Positions 12,574 through 24,700 of a DNA stretch of 64,000 nucleotides are shown one piece after another (the stretch's first letter is position 1; every line of letters begins with the position of its first letter). This DNA is from Guillardia theta CCMP2712. Its lineage: Eukaryota; Protista; Cryptophyta. The position numbers were made by a program, and so were the translations under genes. A model generated the notes under the pieces. That model saw only the letters and a list, made by a program, of their open reading frames with translations. It searched no databases and was not told where the DNA came from. The stretch lies in the NCBI RefSeq assembly GCF_000315625.1, contig NW_005434594.1, positions 304,482 to 368,481 of the forward strand, given 5' to 3'.

Positions 12574-13268
12574 ATGGCGGACGATCGTCAAACCTCTATG
12601 CAATTTTGCAATGAGTGCAACAATCTCATGTATCCCAAGGAGGTCAAAGATGAAACAGATCCTACAGAATCAAGACTTGTCTATGTCTGCAAGGCTGCAA
12701 ACTGCATAGTCTCCGCGAAATCCCGCAAGCAATGTATTGATGCTGAGAGTACCATGGTGTGGAAACACGTCGTCCAACATACCATGAAGTACGTACCTGG
12801 TCCCTTCTCCTTGCTGTCACGCCATGCACTCCTATATCCACACTCCCTCTTTCGCTCCTCTCTGAACCAGCTCCCCTGTCTCGATGTTTCTCCTTCTCCT
12901 CCTCTTCTGACCTCCTTGCTCCCTCCCTTGATGTCTCGGTGACGCGTTGATGGACAAAAGGGCCGACGACTTTGTAAACGCGGACATCACCCAAGATCCA
13001 ACCTTGCCTCGAACTCGCCATGTTACATGCTCCAAGGTACTCTGAGCTTCATACCTTGAACAGCACCTGACGGTGGATCTTGCCTTGCAGTGCAATCACA
13101 AAGAAGCTGTCTACCTGCAGGCTGTCTCAGGTCCTCAACAAGGAATCTCGCTCTACTTTGTTTGCTGTGGTTGCAACCACACGTAAGGGGATCATGTTTG
13201 TGAAATGTTAGGAGTGACTTTGTCATAGGTGGAAGCAAGATGGCAAGTCAATGTCAAGCATGGAATGA
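12574..13268 (+). CDS. RPB9: RNA polymerase II subunit RPB9, multi-exon
   Basis: MQFCNECNNLMYPKE..LVYVC..C / DITQDPTLPRTRHVTCSK / CNHKEAVYLQA / LYFVCCGCNHTW. Confidence 0.95.
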
Positions 13269-14255
13269 TGTTGACGTGAACAGCTTTCTTGTTCTATACC
13301 TGAGCTTTGCTGATTTCCTTGGTTGGGAAACACATAGCGGGGATGAATCCAGTGACTTTGCCAAATAAAACCAACTAAGATTAGCACCCTACACGTTCTT
13401 TAACAACCTGATGTGAAACTGATGGCCTCACGCGGTACGCCTATCGCTGCTGTGAACACATTTTGCTTTGTTGAACAAGTTCAATTCAGGCAGGCGACAA
13501 AGAAGCAGCTATTCCATCCAAGCCAACGATAAGGAAAACATGAGAGGCAGCGTAATCAGCTGCTTTCTTACTAACCCGAGCTGGAATAGACGTGACTGGT
13601 TGGGGAGTTGGGGATAGTGACCAAAACCAGCAGCGCAAGGCTCCTGCAAGGAGGACAGGAAGGCCCAGAGGGCGCCAAAGGGGATCGAAGATACTGCGCA
13701 GACATCACGGTGCCATGAAAAGCTGGTACCTCATACTCCGCCGCCTAATCGCATTAGAAACCCACTCCACCGTTTACTTGTAACGGTGATCCGAAAACTT
13801 CCAAAGATATCGTAAGGCGTCAGGACAAGCAGCAGCTGAGCCTAGTCAAGGAAACCAGCAGGAGCTAAACTACATGACCTCAACGATCACGAACGCTGCA
13901 GCAAAGTACCTGATCATAACTCAGCCAGGTAATGAAGCGGGCATTACAGGGTTATTCAGCGCTTCCGACGATGACCGTCAAGACCACAAGCCTGCTTCGT
14001 GACAAGGGCACTAGCGACTGCTCGTTGTTTGGGTCAAATAACTCTCACGAGATGCCTGCTGTTTTCAGAACAGAACTCCGCTGTCGACCCCTCGACTGAT
14101 TGCACAAAAGAAACCAACACTGACCTTCAGGGTGTAAGCGCTAGGGTTTGACACCTTTGATGTTTCATGTCATGGGTCGATTTCACACGAAATGAGACGA
14201 TTCACTACTGGATGACTCGCTTCTTCACCAGCGACAGTCCATCATCAGATTTGAG

Positions 14256-14612
14256 GGTCGTCAGGCGGGACGATGATGCGACCTCGCTCGGCTCTCCCGC
14301 ACACGCCTCTGCGCAAGGTAGACCTTGCTGTCGGACCCGGACAGCGCGGGAGGAGCTGACGAGCACTGAAGAGCAGCGAGGATCGGAGGCATGCTGAGGG
14401 TGACAGGAGTGCTGGACCTCCCGACCTCTTGAGTCTGCAACCAAGTGTGCGATCCAAGAGATGATGGGCAGAATGTCGTTCTGATACATGTCGGGCAGGA
14501 TGGTTCGGTAGCCCAGGGAGGGCAGCTGACTTGTGAAAGCGAAGAGTAGAAGCTGAAGATATCTCCTCTCGTGCGCAGCCGGAGGTTCTTCACGCCCTTG
14601 GCCTTGAGGTCT
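14256..14612 (-). pseudogene. Inverted, internally deleted partial copy of the adjacent GH5-like gene
   Basis: Reverse complement matches ~15321-15391, 15434-15498, 16114-16293 and 16327-16339 in order, with a frameshift and large deletions. Confidence 0.9.
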
Positions 14613-15131
14613 TGCTCCATCTATGATCAGACTCCGCCGGGATGAGAACGGCGCGCCCGGGCGAGATCGGGAAGAGGCAGCGGCGCTAAGGGATGGAGCG
14701 AGCACGGAGCACCAGCAGCAGTTGCCACCATCTCCGTGGTCAAACAGGTGGTCAAATGGCTGTTGAAGAGCTAGTACCTTTCAAGGCATCTCCGATTCTT
14801 TAAGTCGGCCTCTAAGTAAAAAGCAGTATCCATAGACCCCTCCACATCGCAGACACCAAGATGTGACCCACTTTGGTCACTTCAGTCACATTGGTCAGCA
14901 TCGCAGAGAGATCGGCGGGCGGCATCAAGAGAGGTAGGGGTCAATGGATACAGCTTCTAACTTAGAGGCTGACTTAAGGAATCAGAGGTGTGCTCCCCTG
15001 ACTGTTGGATATCAAAGGCTCTCGCTCCTCGAGCCTGTTGGCCGGACCGAAACGATGCGATCATCAGATTCGCGCCAACAGAAATTCAAGGATCAGTACG
15101 AGGATGGTTCAAAGAGACATCATCGTGCGCC

Positions 15132-16334
15132 ATGCCGTCGTCGGTGGCGTTCGCCGCGTACTTCATGTTGCTGACCCTTGCCCTCGGCACCGCCTCTGCC
15201 ACCTCTTTCTCCTCCCCCCTCACTGGCGCTGAATACCAGGCGAGGATCGGCTGGGGGTTTGACACGGATTTCTTCAAGTCGGAGAATGGCATGAAGAAAT
15301 ATGATTCGCAGATCATGGCAGACCTCAAGGCCAAGGGCGTGAAGAACCTCCGGCTGCGCACGAGAGGAGATATCTTCGGCTTCCACTCTTCCACTGAGCT
15401 TGCCGACAGCGCGAGCTTGAACAAGCTGTTCCAGGGCTACCGAACCATCCTGCCCGACATGTATCAGAACGACATTCTGCCCATCATCTCTTGGATCAAC
15501 GATGAGTCAGAGGTGCAAGCCACAGATGCGCAGGGCGAAAACTTTGTCGAGTGGTGGAGGAGGGTCGCGGTGGCTCTCAAGGACGAGCCCTACGAGCTTG
15601 CCTTCAACCTCTTCACGGAGATCGGAACAGGTAACCTGAAGGACAACCCAGCGAAGTACAACGACTGGACTCGTCGCGCCATCTCCGCCATCCGCACCTC
15701 AGGAGGAAACAACGCCTACCGAGTTATCATTCTAGGAGCTCCGGCCAAGGATGCAGACTCCCTCTCCAGGATCGACACGTCCATCACGAGCGGCCAGCAT
15801 TACCTCATGGCAGAATGGCACCTGTATGCCTCTGGCCCGAACAAGCAGGTAGGAGGACAGAAGTACTGGGCAGGCACCGGAAGTGCTGAGGATCGTGAGC
15901 GGGTTAACAAGGTCTTCAGAGACGCAGTGGGGTGGACGGCGACTACAAACATCCCGACCTGGATCGGTGCCTGGATGCCCTATGACAACATCGATGCCTC
16001 GCAGAACCAGGAGGAGGTGGAAGCGTTCGCCTGCTACTTCAGTACCGTCGCACGGCAAAACGGCATCCCGTGGTCCATGAACAAGCTCGACAACTTCTAT
16101 GACGTGCGGACGAACACTTGGTTGCAGACTCAAGAGGTCGGGAGGTCCAGCACTCCTGTCACCCTCAGCATGCCTCCGATCCTCGATGCTCTTCAGTGCT
16201 CGTCAGCTCCTCCCGTGCTGTCCGGGTCCGACAGCGAGGTCTACCTTGCGCAGAGGCGTGTGCGGGAGAGCCGAGCGAGGTCGCATCATCGTCACGAGAT
16301 GCACAGGAGGATGGTTGCACCTGCAGCCGCCTGA
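15132..16334 (+). CDS. Secreted glycoside hydrolase family 5 (cellulase-like TIM barrel) protein; intronless
   Basis: Signal peptide MPSSVAFAAYFMLLTLALGTASA; GVKNLRLR, LAFNLFTE, AIRTSGGNNAYRVII, AEWHLYASGP, IPTWIGAWM, GIPWS motifs. Confidence 0.85.
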   Translation: MPSSVAFAAYFMLLTLALGTASATSFSSPLTGAEYQARIGWGFDTDFFKSENGMKKYDSQIMADLKAKGVKNLRLRTRGDIFGFHSSTELADSASLNKLFQGYRTILPDMYQNDILPIISWINDESEVQATDAQGENFVEWWRRVAVALKDEPYELAFNLFTEIGTGNLKDNPAKYNDWTRRAISAIRTSGGNNAYRVIILGAPAKDADSLSRIDTSITSGQHYLMAEWHLYASGPNKQVGGQKYWAGTGSAEDRERVNKVFRDAVGWTATTNIPTWIGAWMPYDNIDASQNQEEVEAFACYFSTVARQNGIPWSMNKLDNFYDVRTNTWLQTQEVGRSSTPVTLSMPPILDALQCSSAPPVLSGSDSEVYLAQRRVRESRARSHHRHEMHRRMVAPAAA

Positions 16335-16741
16335 CGACCGGCACACTTGCAGATTGAGAATCGTCTTGATCGAGCAAGATGCCGTTAGTCAGCACAGCAC
16401 TATGGATCTGCTCCATAAGAGGCCTGCCACTTGGCTCTGTTGTCTTGATCCTTGATTCTCCAACTCGATCGTTAGGCTCATCGCGGTCAATTTGCATTGT
16501 GAGGTTTTGTGTTGCATCGAATAAGAACACACTTCACTTCAACACTGCAATTTGACTGTTTGTCATGGTTTGTTTCGGGCGATCAACTTTCGGTGGAGTC
16601 AGGAGCACAGCACAAAGGAAGAACGGATAATATTTCAACTTGAGCCGCAAGCTCAGTCGACATCCTTTACTTCCATGTAACCTCAGCAGAGGCTGAGAGC
16701 ATAGCCCAGGCCTCGTGCCGCTCTCCTTGCACTCGAGAGCT

Positions 16742-17498
16742 TTACATTTGTCTTTGACGGCGCATCTGGCTGCGCTTGCGCTTGGCTTCCTTGTCCTTAC
16801 CTGAGGTAGCAGGGGGTCAGGCAGAGGGAGGAGCGGTCTACCCTGCAATACTTACGGATCTTCTTCTCGTTGTTGCTCTCAAACCTGCGGCGTCGCTTCA
16901 GCTCCATGAGGTGTCCGGACTTGCTCACAGCAATCTAGAGGAGGAAATCGCAAGTCGTCAGGCCCGATGGGAAGCGTTGACTCTACTTTCACCTTGAACC
17001 GCCTCATCGCGCCCTCGATAGGCTCGCCCTCCTTGACTTGTACCTTGATGTCCACCATCGTAGGCGCAACGATGTTGGCCTGGACTCAACTGTCATGCCA
17101 ACTGATGACTCGACATGCTCGATCGAGCTTCTTGGAGGGGCATCAGACTTACGGGCTTGCGCGATGTGACGGGGGTTGCAGGGATTCTGTTGCCCGCCAT
17201 GAGGCCGAAAGAAGAGGCCGGGGTGAAGAATCCTTCCACACCGGTGAAGAAGACCTGAAATTTATGTTTGAGTAAGCAGAATACATCATTGATTGTTGTG
17301 ATCATGAAAGTTCGAGTATCTGTTGAGTTGCAAAGGCACAAATACGATTCTTTGATCGCTCTCCCTGCAACCTCACAACCGCACACAGTTCGAAGTTGAA
17401 GGCACGGATTGAGCAAGGAACGGGCAGAGAGCTCTTCGAAGCTCTCAGACAAGCTCAACAACATGTTTCATCCTTCCTCTCCTTTCATCGCTTACCAT
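16742..17498 (-). CDS. rps21: Plastid-targeted ribosomal protein bS21, multi-exon
   Basis: MVDIKVQVKEGEPIEGAMRRFK / IAVSKSGHLMELKRRRRFESNNEKKIRK / KEAKRKRSQMRRQRQM*; leader VEG-FFTPASSFG; probable ATG|GTAAG first exon at 17498. Confidence 0.85.
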
Positions 17499-17564
17499 GG
17501 AGGCCGCAACCAATAGAAAGCGACTTGTTGTCTGCATAGCTGTCACCCTATGCAAGTTTCGGAT

Positions 17565-18155
17565 GCAAGGGGTAGTACCCTACCATGATTGTGTAGCTTC
17601 CATCCTTCATATTTCAGTGGGTCAGGGTATACACCCCTACCCCATTATACAAGCAGAAAGAAAGGACCACCCCATCTGACTCGCGGATGAGTTTGTCAGC
17701 GACATATGACCGGTGGTCTTCACATAAACCAGAACGTGACCAACCCCCAACCTCATAACTAATAATCATTGAATAAAATTCAAGTACCCGGCTCCTTGAG
17801 TGCCAGGATCGCGTCGGGCCCACTCAGGGCGGCTCCGACGGACGGTGTCACTGGCCGCCGCCGCCTCAGTCCCCCCGGTAGGTGACCGTTACAAGTGAAC
17901 CCTCCGACTCATCATGGCATCCTGCCCACTCAGCGCCTGACCCCCCACTGAAACTAAAGTGACGGTACGGGTCCGGTGTCGACCCCCCGGGCCCGGGGTG
18001 ACTTGACTCAGCCAGTCCGGCGGCACGGGCCCCGGAGTCCCGGACCAAGCGAGCCCGGCCCCGGGGGGCGCCCGGCGAACCGTTGAACTCCGGCCGCCGC
18101 CGAACGCCAGCGCTGAGCATTTAGTTATCCAAGATAAGTCAGTACGAGGACCAAC
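17565..18155. promoter_or_regulatory. TACCC block + GC-palindrome block between divergent rps21 and acyltransferase genes
   Basis: Same word content as 6860-8450; ends with TCAGTACGAGGAC (18139-18151). Confidence 0.5.
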
Positions 18156-18429
18156 TAGTTAGCAGTTGATGCCTCCCCCGATCTGTTTGCTTGCTGGCGA
18201 GGCGAGCTCGGATGTAAGGAGCCGCTTGCTACGGGCACGAAAGGCGGTAGGCTCGGAGCTGCCGGGAGGAGAAGCCGAACGGTGAGAAGAAGAGGCAGCG
18301 GGAGAGGAAGAGGAAGAGGAAGAGAAACAGGAAGAGACTAACTGACGAAGACGACGAGGAGGAGGAGCTGTCGCTGTAGTAAAAGGCGTAGTGTGACTCC
18401 GGAAAGACTCTCCGGAGCACTGGGAGGAG

Positions 18430-18576
18430 GAGGAGCAGGAGGAGCAGGAGGAGCAGGAGGAGCAGGAGGAGCAGGAGGAGCAGGAGGAGCAGGAGGAGCA
18501 GGAGGAGCAGGAGGAGCAGGAGGAGCAGGAGGAGCAGGAGGAGCAGGAGGAGCAGGAGGAGCAGGAGGAGCAGGAG
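18430..18576 (+). repeat. (GGAGCAGGA)n 9-bp tandem repeat
   Basis: Directly visible. Confidence 0.95.
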
Positions 18577-18769
18577 GCAAAATTTGTCAAGTATTTTGTG
18601 AGTGGAGAGCCTGAGGAGGATTCCAACAGGCAAGGAACATTTGCTAGCTGAAGAGGAACAAGAGAAAAGGAGCTGCAGGCAAAAGCATTCCGGCAAAAGA
18701 CAGCGGAAAGGTCTTGAATGTGACAAGAGGCAAGCAGCAACGAGATTGTGAGAGGACTGCAAGGTTGTC

Positions 18770-20176
18770 ATGTGCGAGAACTTTGAAGATCTGAAGTCCG
18801 TCCTCAACAAGTTGGACAAGGAGCAGATCCTGGCGGTCTTGGAGCAAGCGCTGAAGCAGCAGGGAGACGACACTCAGCTCTTTCATGCCATCAGAAGAGC
18901 AGCGCTGGTCCTCTGCCAGCAGCAGGCTGTTGCTCAGGGGGGCACGAGTGCTGTGAGCAAGTCCTGCTTGTCGTACCTCGCAAGACAGGACTTCCCCTCC
19001 TCCTTCAGCTTTCTCCCCTGCTCCGAAGACGACTGCTACTTCCTCGACCACCCTCACAAGCCTCAGTTCCTGCTGCTCAAGTTCCGCAGTGTCTTGGACC
19101 CTTCGCTCCTGTGCAGCTCCTTGTACTCGACCATGCAGCTATTCCCGAAGGCGAGCTCGCGGGTGGTCAGGCATGAGGACGGGAGGAAGTTTCAGCTGGG
19201 GGTGGAGAGAAGCTCCTTAACAGCAGTCAAAGTCTCCGAGGACATCATGGATGACTTGTCGACTCTACCGTGGGTTGTCTCAACAGTTCAGAGGAGCGTC
19301 TATCAAACGTCTTCGGTGCCGCTCCTCCAGTCCTACCTGCTCAGGTCCCAGGCAAGCTCCCAGGGCTCTTCCCTCCTCGTTGGGTTCCATCATGTGCTAG
19401 GTGACGGCATGTCCTACGCTTCCTTCATCTCGTCATGGTCGATGTTCTACCAGCAGGCAGTGGAGAGGAGAGCAGCCCCGGTTGAGGAGGATCAGGCTGT
19501 GTTGGACCTCGAGGGCTGCCTCTCCTACCCCGGGCCATCGCCAGGCTTCTCCCCGAGGATCTTACAGTTCACGTTTCAGCGCAGTGAGCTGGAGGAGAGG
19601 AGGAGCTGCATCCAACAAGGCGACTGCCACGTCAGCATCAACGACGTCCTCCTAGCTGAGTGCGCGTGCGCGCTCGCTGGGACGAGGTGCGCGGGGCAGG
19701 TCATGACAAGGGTCGTGGTGCTGGCGGACATGCGAGGACGAAGCCTGGAGGAGAAGGCGTGGGGGAATCACGTCGTAGACTTCCACCTCCTCCTCCCCGT
19801 TGCAGATCTGATGGAGGATGACGTCAGAGCAGTCGCTCGTCGGATCCGGAGCTGTGTGGACGCACAGACGGCCGAGCTGAAAGTCAGCAGGAAGCTGCTG
19901 GAGGAGAGGAACAGGGAGAGGGCGCAGGTACCGAAGCTGCTGTGCTGGAACTCATGGGCGAAGGCCGGAAACTTGTTCCTCTCCTCTCACTTCGGAGCCC
20001 CCGCTGGGCTTGCTGACTTCCGGTGGATGAATTCCATGTCGGTGGAGGACAGCAGCGTCGCCATGGTCCTGCCCCTCGTCGACCCGCCCAGCGCCATCGC
20101 CGTACAGCTCTGTCTTGACGACCCCAACGAGATCGAGAGCCTGGCGAGGCGATGGGGGACAGGAGTCATGCTATGA
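18770..20176 (+). CDS. CoA-dependent acyltransferase (HxxxD; BAHD/condensation fold); a 5' exon may start at 18169
   Basis: LLVGFHHVLGDGMSYASFISSW, VSINDVLLA, DMRGR, WGN and SHFG (DFGWG-like) motifs in a 468-aa ORF. Confidence 0.8.
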   Translation: MCENFEDLKSVLNKLDKEQILAVLEQALKQQGDDTQLFHAIRRAALVLCQQQAVAQGGTSAVSKSCLSYLARQDFPSSFSFLPCSEDDCYFLDHPHKPQFLLLKFRSVLDPSLLCSSLYSTMQLFPKASSRVVRHEDGRKFQLGVERSSLTAVKVSEDIMDDLSTLPWVVSTVQRSVYQTSSVPLLQSYLLRSQASSQGSSLLVGFHHVLGDGMSYASFISSWSMFYQQAVERRAAPVEEDQAVLDLEGCLSYPGPSPGFSPRILQFTFQRSELEERRSCIQQGDCHVSINDVLLAECACALAGTRCAGQVMTRVVVLADMRGRSLEEKAWGNHVVDFHLLLPVADLMEDDVRAVARRIRSCVDAQTAELKVSRKLLEERNRERAQVPKLLCWNSWAKAGNLFLSSHFGAPAGLADFRWMNSMSVEDSSVAMVLPLVDPPSAIAVQLCLDDPNEIESLARRWGTGVML

Positions 20177-20366
20177 CGATAGGGTGCGGGAGCAGGAGAA
20201 GGAGCAGGAGCAGGAGAAGGAGAAGGAGAAGGAGCAGGAGCAGGAGCAGGAAGAGATGTTGTTTGATCGCCAAAGCAGAAGAGAGTTTCATTCAGTGGAC
20301 ATGTCAAGAGTTTCATCTTTTGCTTCACCTCGCCTGATCGAATCATCAACTTCTCCTCTCCTTCAT

Positions 20367-21631
20367 TCACCTCTTGCTCACCGTCACACGCTCCCCGGCC
20401 GCCAGCATGAAAGTCAGATCCGGCAGCATCCCAAGAGCAGAGTTGAAGTCCCCAGCTCCCAGCGCCTGCGCGATGCTCGTCCGTAGAGCCTTGTGACGTG
20501 ATGCCGGCGACTCCTTGACGGACTGCCAGACCGTCAGCTGGCGAGTGGAAGCGAGAGGAGAAGGAGAAGGCACGAGAGGAGAAGGAGGAGGCACGAGAGG
20601 AGGAGAAAGGGGGAGGAGAGGAGTAGGAGGGCAGTTGGCGAGAGAGAGGCAGAAGGTTACAGTTGTCGGCGTTCCTCTCAGTTTCAACTCAGCAGTCACA
20701 TCTCGCGCCACCTCCCTCCTCCCTGCCAAGTTGACCTGAGAAACAGAAGCTCTCGCATCCCCACCAGCTGTCACCTCCTCCTCCTCCTCCTCCTTCTCCT
20801 GCTGCTGCTGCTGCTGTTGCTGTTGCTGCTGTCAGCGCTGCTGGACTTCTCTGCTGGACTTTCTCGACTGCCCTCCCGGGCTCGCCCATGCTGACCCTCC
20901 CTAAGTTTGTCCCCCTCGCTGCCTTGCCGGGGCTTCGACTGCCGCTGGTCCTGCTGCTGAGCTCTTGCCTGCCCGGGTGGGGGCCTGTGGGGGCGCAGGG
21001 TCAAGAGAGGGAGCAGTGAGGAGGAGAGATGGGAGAGAGAAGCAGGAGAGGTAGGAGGAAGGAAGGGGAGGGGTAAAGGGATGAGGATGGGGAGAGGGGC
21101 GGAGTGAGGGGAGAAGGGCAAGAAACGCCAGGAAGAGATCAGCGGAGAGAAGGGAGGGAGATAAGGAAGGTTGCATACTGTCATGGAAGAAAGGGAGGAG
21201 GGAAGCAGAAGCGGAAGCAGGTTGGAGAACGGGAGGAGGAGGGAGAGGAAGGAAGAGGAAGAAGAGAGGAGGGAGAGAGAAGGGAGATGGAACCGATGTA
21301 GTTGGAAAGGAGCCGCTTGTTCTCAGTAGACGTCTGGCAGTTGAAGACGACGAGGAGGAGTTGGCTTAGGTCCCACTGCGAGGAGTCAGCCCACTGCTCT
21401 CGAGCACAGGCGATGTTGTGTGCTGGTTGAGGACCGCGCTCAGCAAGACCCCAGCAGCAGCCCACCTCTTCCCCACCTGTGACACGGTCCTTACAGAGCT
21501 TCTGCCACAGCTCGAGGAGAGAGCCCTCAAGCATGTGCGGCGGAGGGTGGAGCGCAAAGAGTTTGCTCCCGTCCTCAGTGATCTCGCTCTGTGCGGAGAG
21601 AGTGTCAGGTGGAGGGAGGAGGGAGGAGGAA

Positions 21632-21714
<83 letters not shown>

Positions 21715-24700
21715 ACAGGAAGGAGGTGCAGGAGGAAGGAGGAGAAGGAAGGAGGAAGGAGGAAGAGCAAGAGGACGCTTCCTTACAGGCTCCTCGAAGT
21801 CTCCGAACTCGTCCTCGTCTTCGTCCTCGTCTACCTCCTCCTCCTCCTCCTCCTCCTCCTCCTCAGAGACAGGCACGCTGCTTGCTACGTCCTTGACCCA
21901 CGGCAAGCTGGAGTCCTTATCCTCAATCTTTGACATCACCACGAGTTAGCAAGCAGACGGTAGGAGGGGGCAGCGCAGACATTAAGATGCTCGCCGAAGG
22001 AGCGGAGAAGCACAGAACTTAGTCGCGCCACGTGCTCCTCCACTTCCCCTCGCTCCTCCCCAGCAGCTCCCGCCGGCCACTCGGACCCCATCGTTTCCTC
22101 CCCCTCCTCCTCCCCGAACGATCCGAACGCGTCGTCTCAGCACACAGTCAGCTACAGGGAAGGGCGTCGATGCCTTACCTCCGTCCTCCCCCGCAAAGGT
22201 CCCGAAGTCAGCATCGTGAGCCCCCTCCATTCCGCTCTCTCCTCCTCCTCCTCCTCCTCCTCCTCCTCCTCCTGAGCCCTGCTGCGATTCACTAAAGCCT
22301 CCTTCGGCGTCGTCAAAGGCGCTCGTCCCTCCCCACTCAAAGTCCTCCTCCTCCCCTCCAGCTTGTTCCTCCATCTCTGCTTCTGCTCCACCGAACGATC
22401 CGAAAGCTTCCTCCTCCTTGTCTTCCTCCTCCTTCCCTTCCTTCTCTGCTACAGACATTTCCGCTTCTCCTTCCCTTACATGCGCTTCATCATTCGGTAC
22501 CATGGTTTCAAGCCCAGGTTCATCTCCTTCTCCTCCTTCTCCTCCTTCTCCTCCAATGTCCCCTCCATCCCGCTCGTCGTCATCCTGACCAGCATCGAGT
22601 GCTTCCGCCGGCTCCTGTCCTGTCAACGTCACTCCTTGACCTTGGAAGGACGAGCTCGGCAGCTGACTTTCAGCCACTTCCGCCTCCTCCTCCCCCCACG
22701 CCGGGCTCCTGATGCCATTCACAAGCTCCTCCTCCAATTTGGTGTCCACTGTCTCCCCGTCCTGCTGTTTTGCTTCCTGTTCCACATCCTCTCGCTCTTG
22801 TTCTTCCTGGGGCTGTCCCTCTTCTTCCCTCTTCTCCTCCTTGTTCTCTTCTTCTTCCCTCTCCTCCTCCTTCTCCTCCTCCCCGTTCTCTTCCTCGTTC
22901 TCCTCCTCCTCCTCCTCCTCCTTCCCTTCCTCGTCCATTTCCCGCGCATTTTCAAACCGTGTGTCGGTTTTCTGCATCCCTCGCGCCTTCTCCTCCCCAT
23001 CTCTCTGTACAATCGCTTCCTCCCCCTCCGACCCGAAGAACGTAAAGCTTTCCACCGCGTTACCTTCCACTGGGACCTTATCCTCCACCGCCCCCTCCTG
23101 CTCCTCTTCCTCCTGCCGCTGCTGCTTCTCCAGCTGTTCCAGCTGCTCCTCCTCATCCACTTCCTCTCTCTCCTCCTCCTCCTCCTGCTCACGTTCCTGA
23201 TCCAGCTCCTGCTCCTCCTCGCGACCATCAGCAAAGACATCATCTCCTCTGCCGTTCTGGGCTTGCCGATACTGAGATTACACCATCAGTCGTGAAAACA
23301 ACAGAGAAGATTCATACCTCTCCCACCAAACTCTCCTCCTGCTCCTTCCCAGATCCCTTGAATGTCATCGGTAGCCTTTCAACATCACTACAGCAGCTAT
23401 CCCTCTTCCCTCCTCCCTTTGTCAAGCAAACAGCCTCCTCCTCCTCCTTCTCCATGCCGTCCCCTCCTCCCTCCCTCTCTTCTCCCTCCTCCTCCTGTGG
23501 TGGCGCTGCCGTGACGGTCTCTTGCTCCTCCCCCTCCCCGTGGCTCTCGAAAGCTCCGAAGCCCCCATCCTCATGCTCCCTTCCTGCGCCCTCCTCTTCC
23601 TCTAGCGGCGCTGCCGTGACGGTCGCCTGCTCTTCCTCCGCGTGGCTGTCGAAACGCCCCAAACTCCTCCTCCTCCGTCTCCTTCTCCTCCTCCTCTCCC
23701 CCCCCTCCTGCATCCCTCTCTGCTCCCTCCTCCTCCTGTTGTGGCNNNNNNNNNNNNNNNNNNNNNNNNNNNNNNNNNNNNNNNNNNNNNNNNNNNNNNN
23801 NNNNNNNNNNNNNNNNNNNNNNNNNNNNNNNNNNNNNNNNNNNNNNNNNNNNNNNNNNNNNNNNNNNNNNNNNNNNNNNNNNNNNNNNNNNNNNNNNNNN
23901 NNNNNNNNNNNNNNNNNNNCCGCCGTGATCGTTGTCTCCTGCTCCTCCCCCTCCTCGTGGCTCTCGAAAGCTCCGAAGCCCCCATCCTCATCCTCCTCCT
24001 CCTCCAGCAGCGGCGACGCCGTGACGGTCTCTTGCTCCTCCTCCTCCTCGTGGCTCTCGAAAGCTCCGAAGCCCCCATCCTCATGCTCCTTCCCTTCTCC
24101 TTCCCTCCCTGCCCCCTCCTCCTGTAGCAGCGCTGTCGTGACGGTCGCCTGATCCCCCCCATCCTCCGCATGGGTCTCGAAAGCTCCAAACCCGTCCTCG
24201 TCATGCTTCTCCTCCCCCTCCACGTGGCTGTCGAAAGCCCCGAACTCCTCCTCCTCCTCCTCCTGCATTCTCTCCTCTGTCGATTTCATCTGCTCAGTCC
24301 CTTCCCATCTATTACGCTCCAGGCGTGAGTCTCCTGCTTCGCTCCCCTGAACTCCAATCGTAGTCACCTCGTCCACGTGCGGTAGCTCCTGGCTCTCAAC
24401 AACGCCGTCGCCACGCATGCTCTCCTTCGATGAAAGCGCTTCCTCATTCCCGTTCACTGCTGCAACATGGTTGCTGCTGCTCGGCACATTTGTCTCCAAC
24501 ACTTCGCCTGTTTCTCCCGTCATTACTCCAAAACACCACCGAAACCACTCGAGCATGTCATACCCCTACCTTCTCCTGTGGTACTCTTCGACGGTCCTGC
24601 CTTGGCATCGCCTACTCCACTTGTACCTTCCACGGGCGTCACTGGGCTACCACAGACTGTGTCCCTCAGCTTACTTTCCGCACGAATCGATTCTTCCTCC

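Noticed and set aside
13300-14200. Possible fragmented multi-exon genes here and at 11400-12330, 26300-27200, 37130-37430, 53100-54200, 56400-58400 and 59060-59280
   Set aside because: Splice-like signals and short frames exist, but I could not assemble a coherent or recognisable protein; RNA-seq is needed.
14256-14612. Processed retrocopy explanation for the GH5 fragment
   Set aside because: Deletion junctions do not match GT-AG boundaries exactly (GTC is retained) and the parent gene is intronless.
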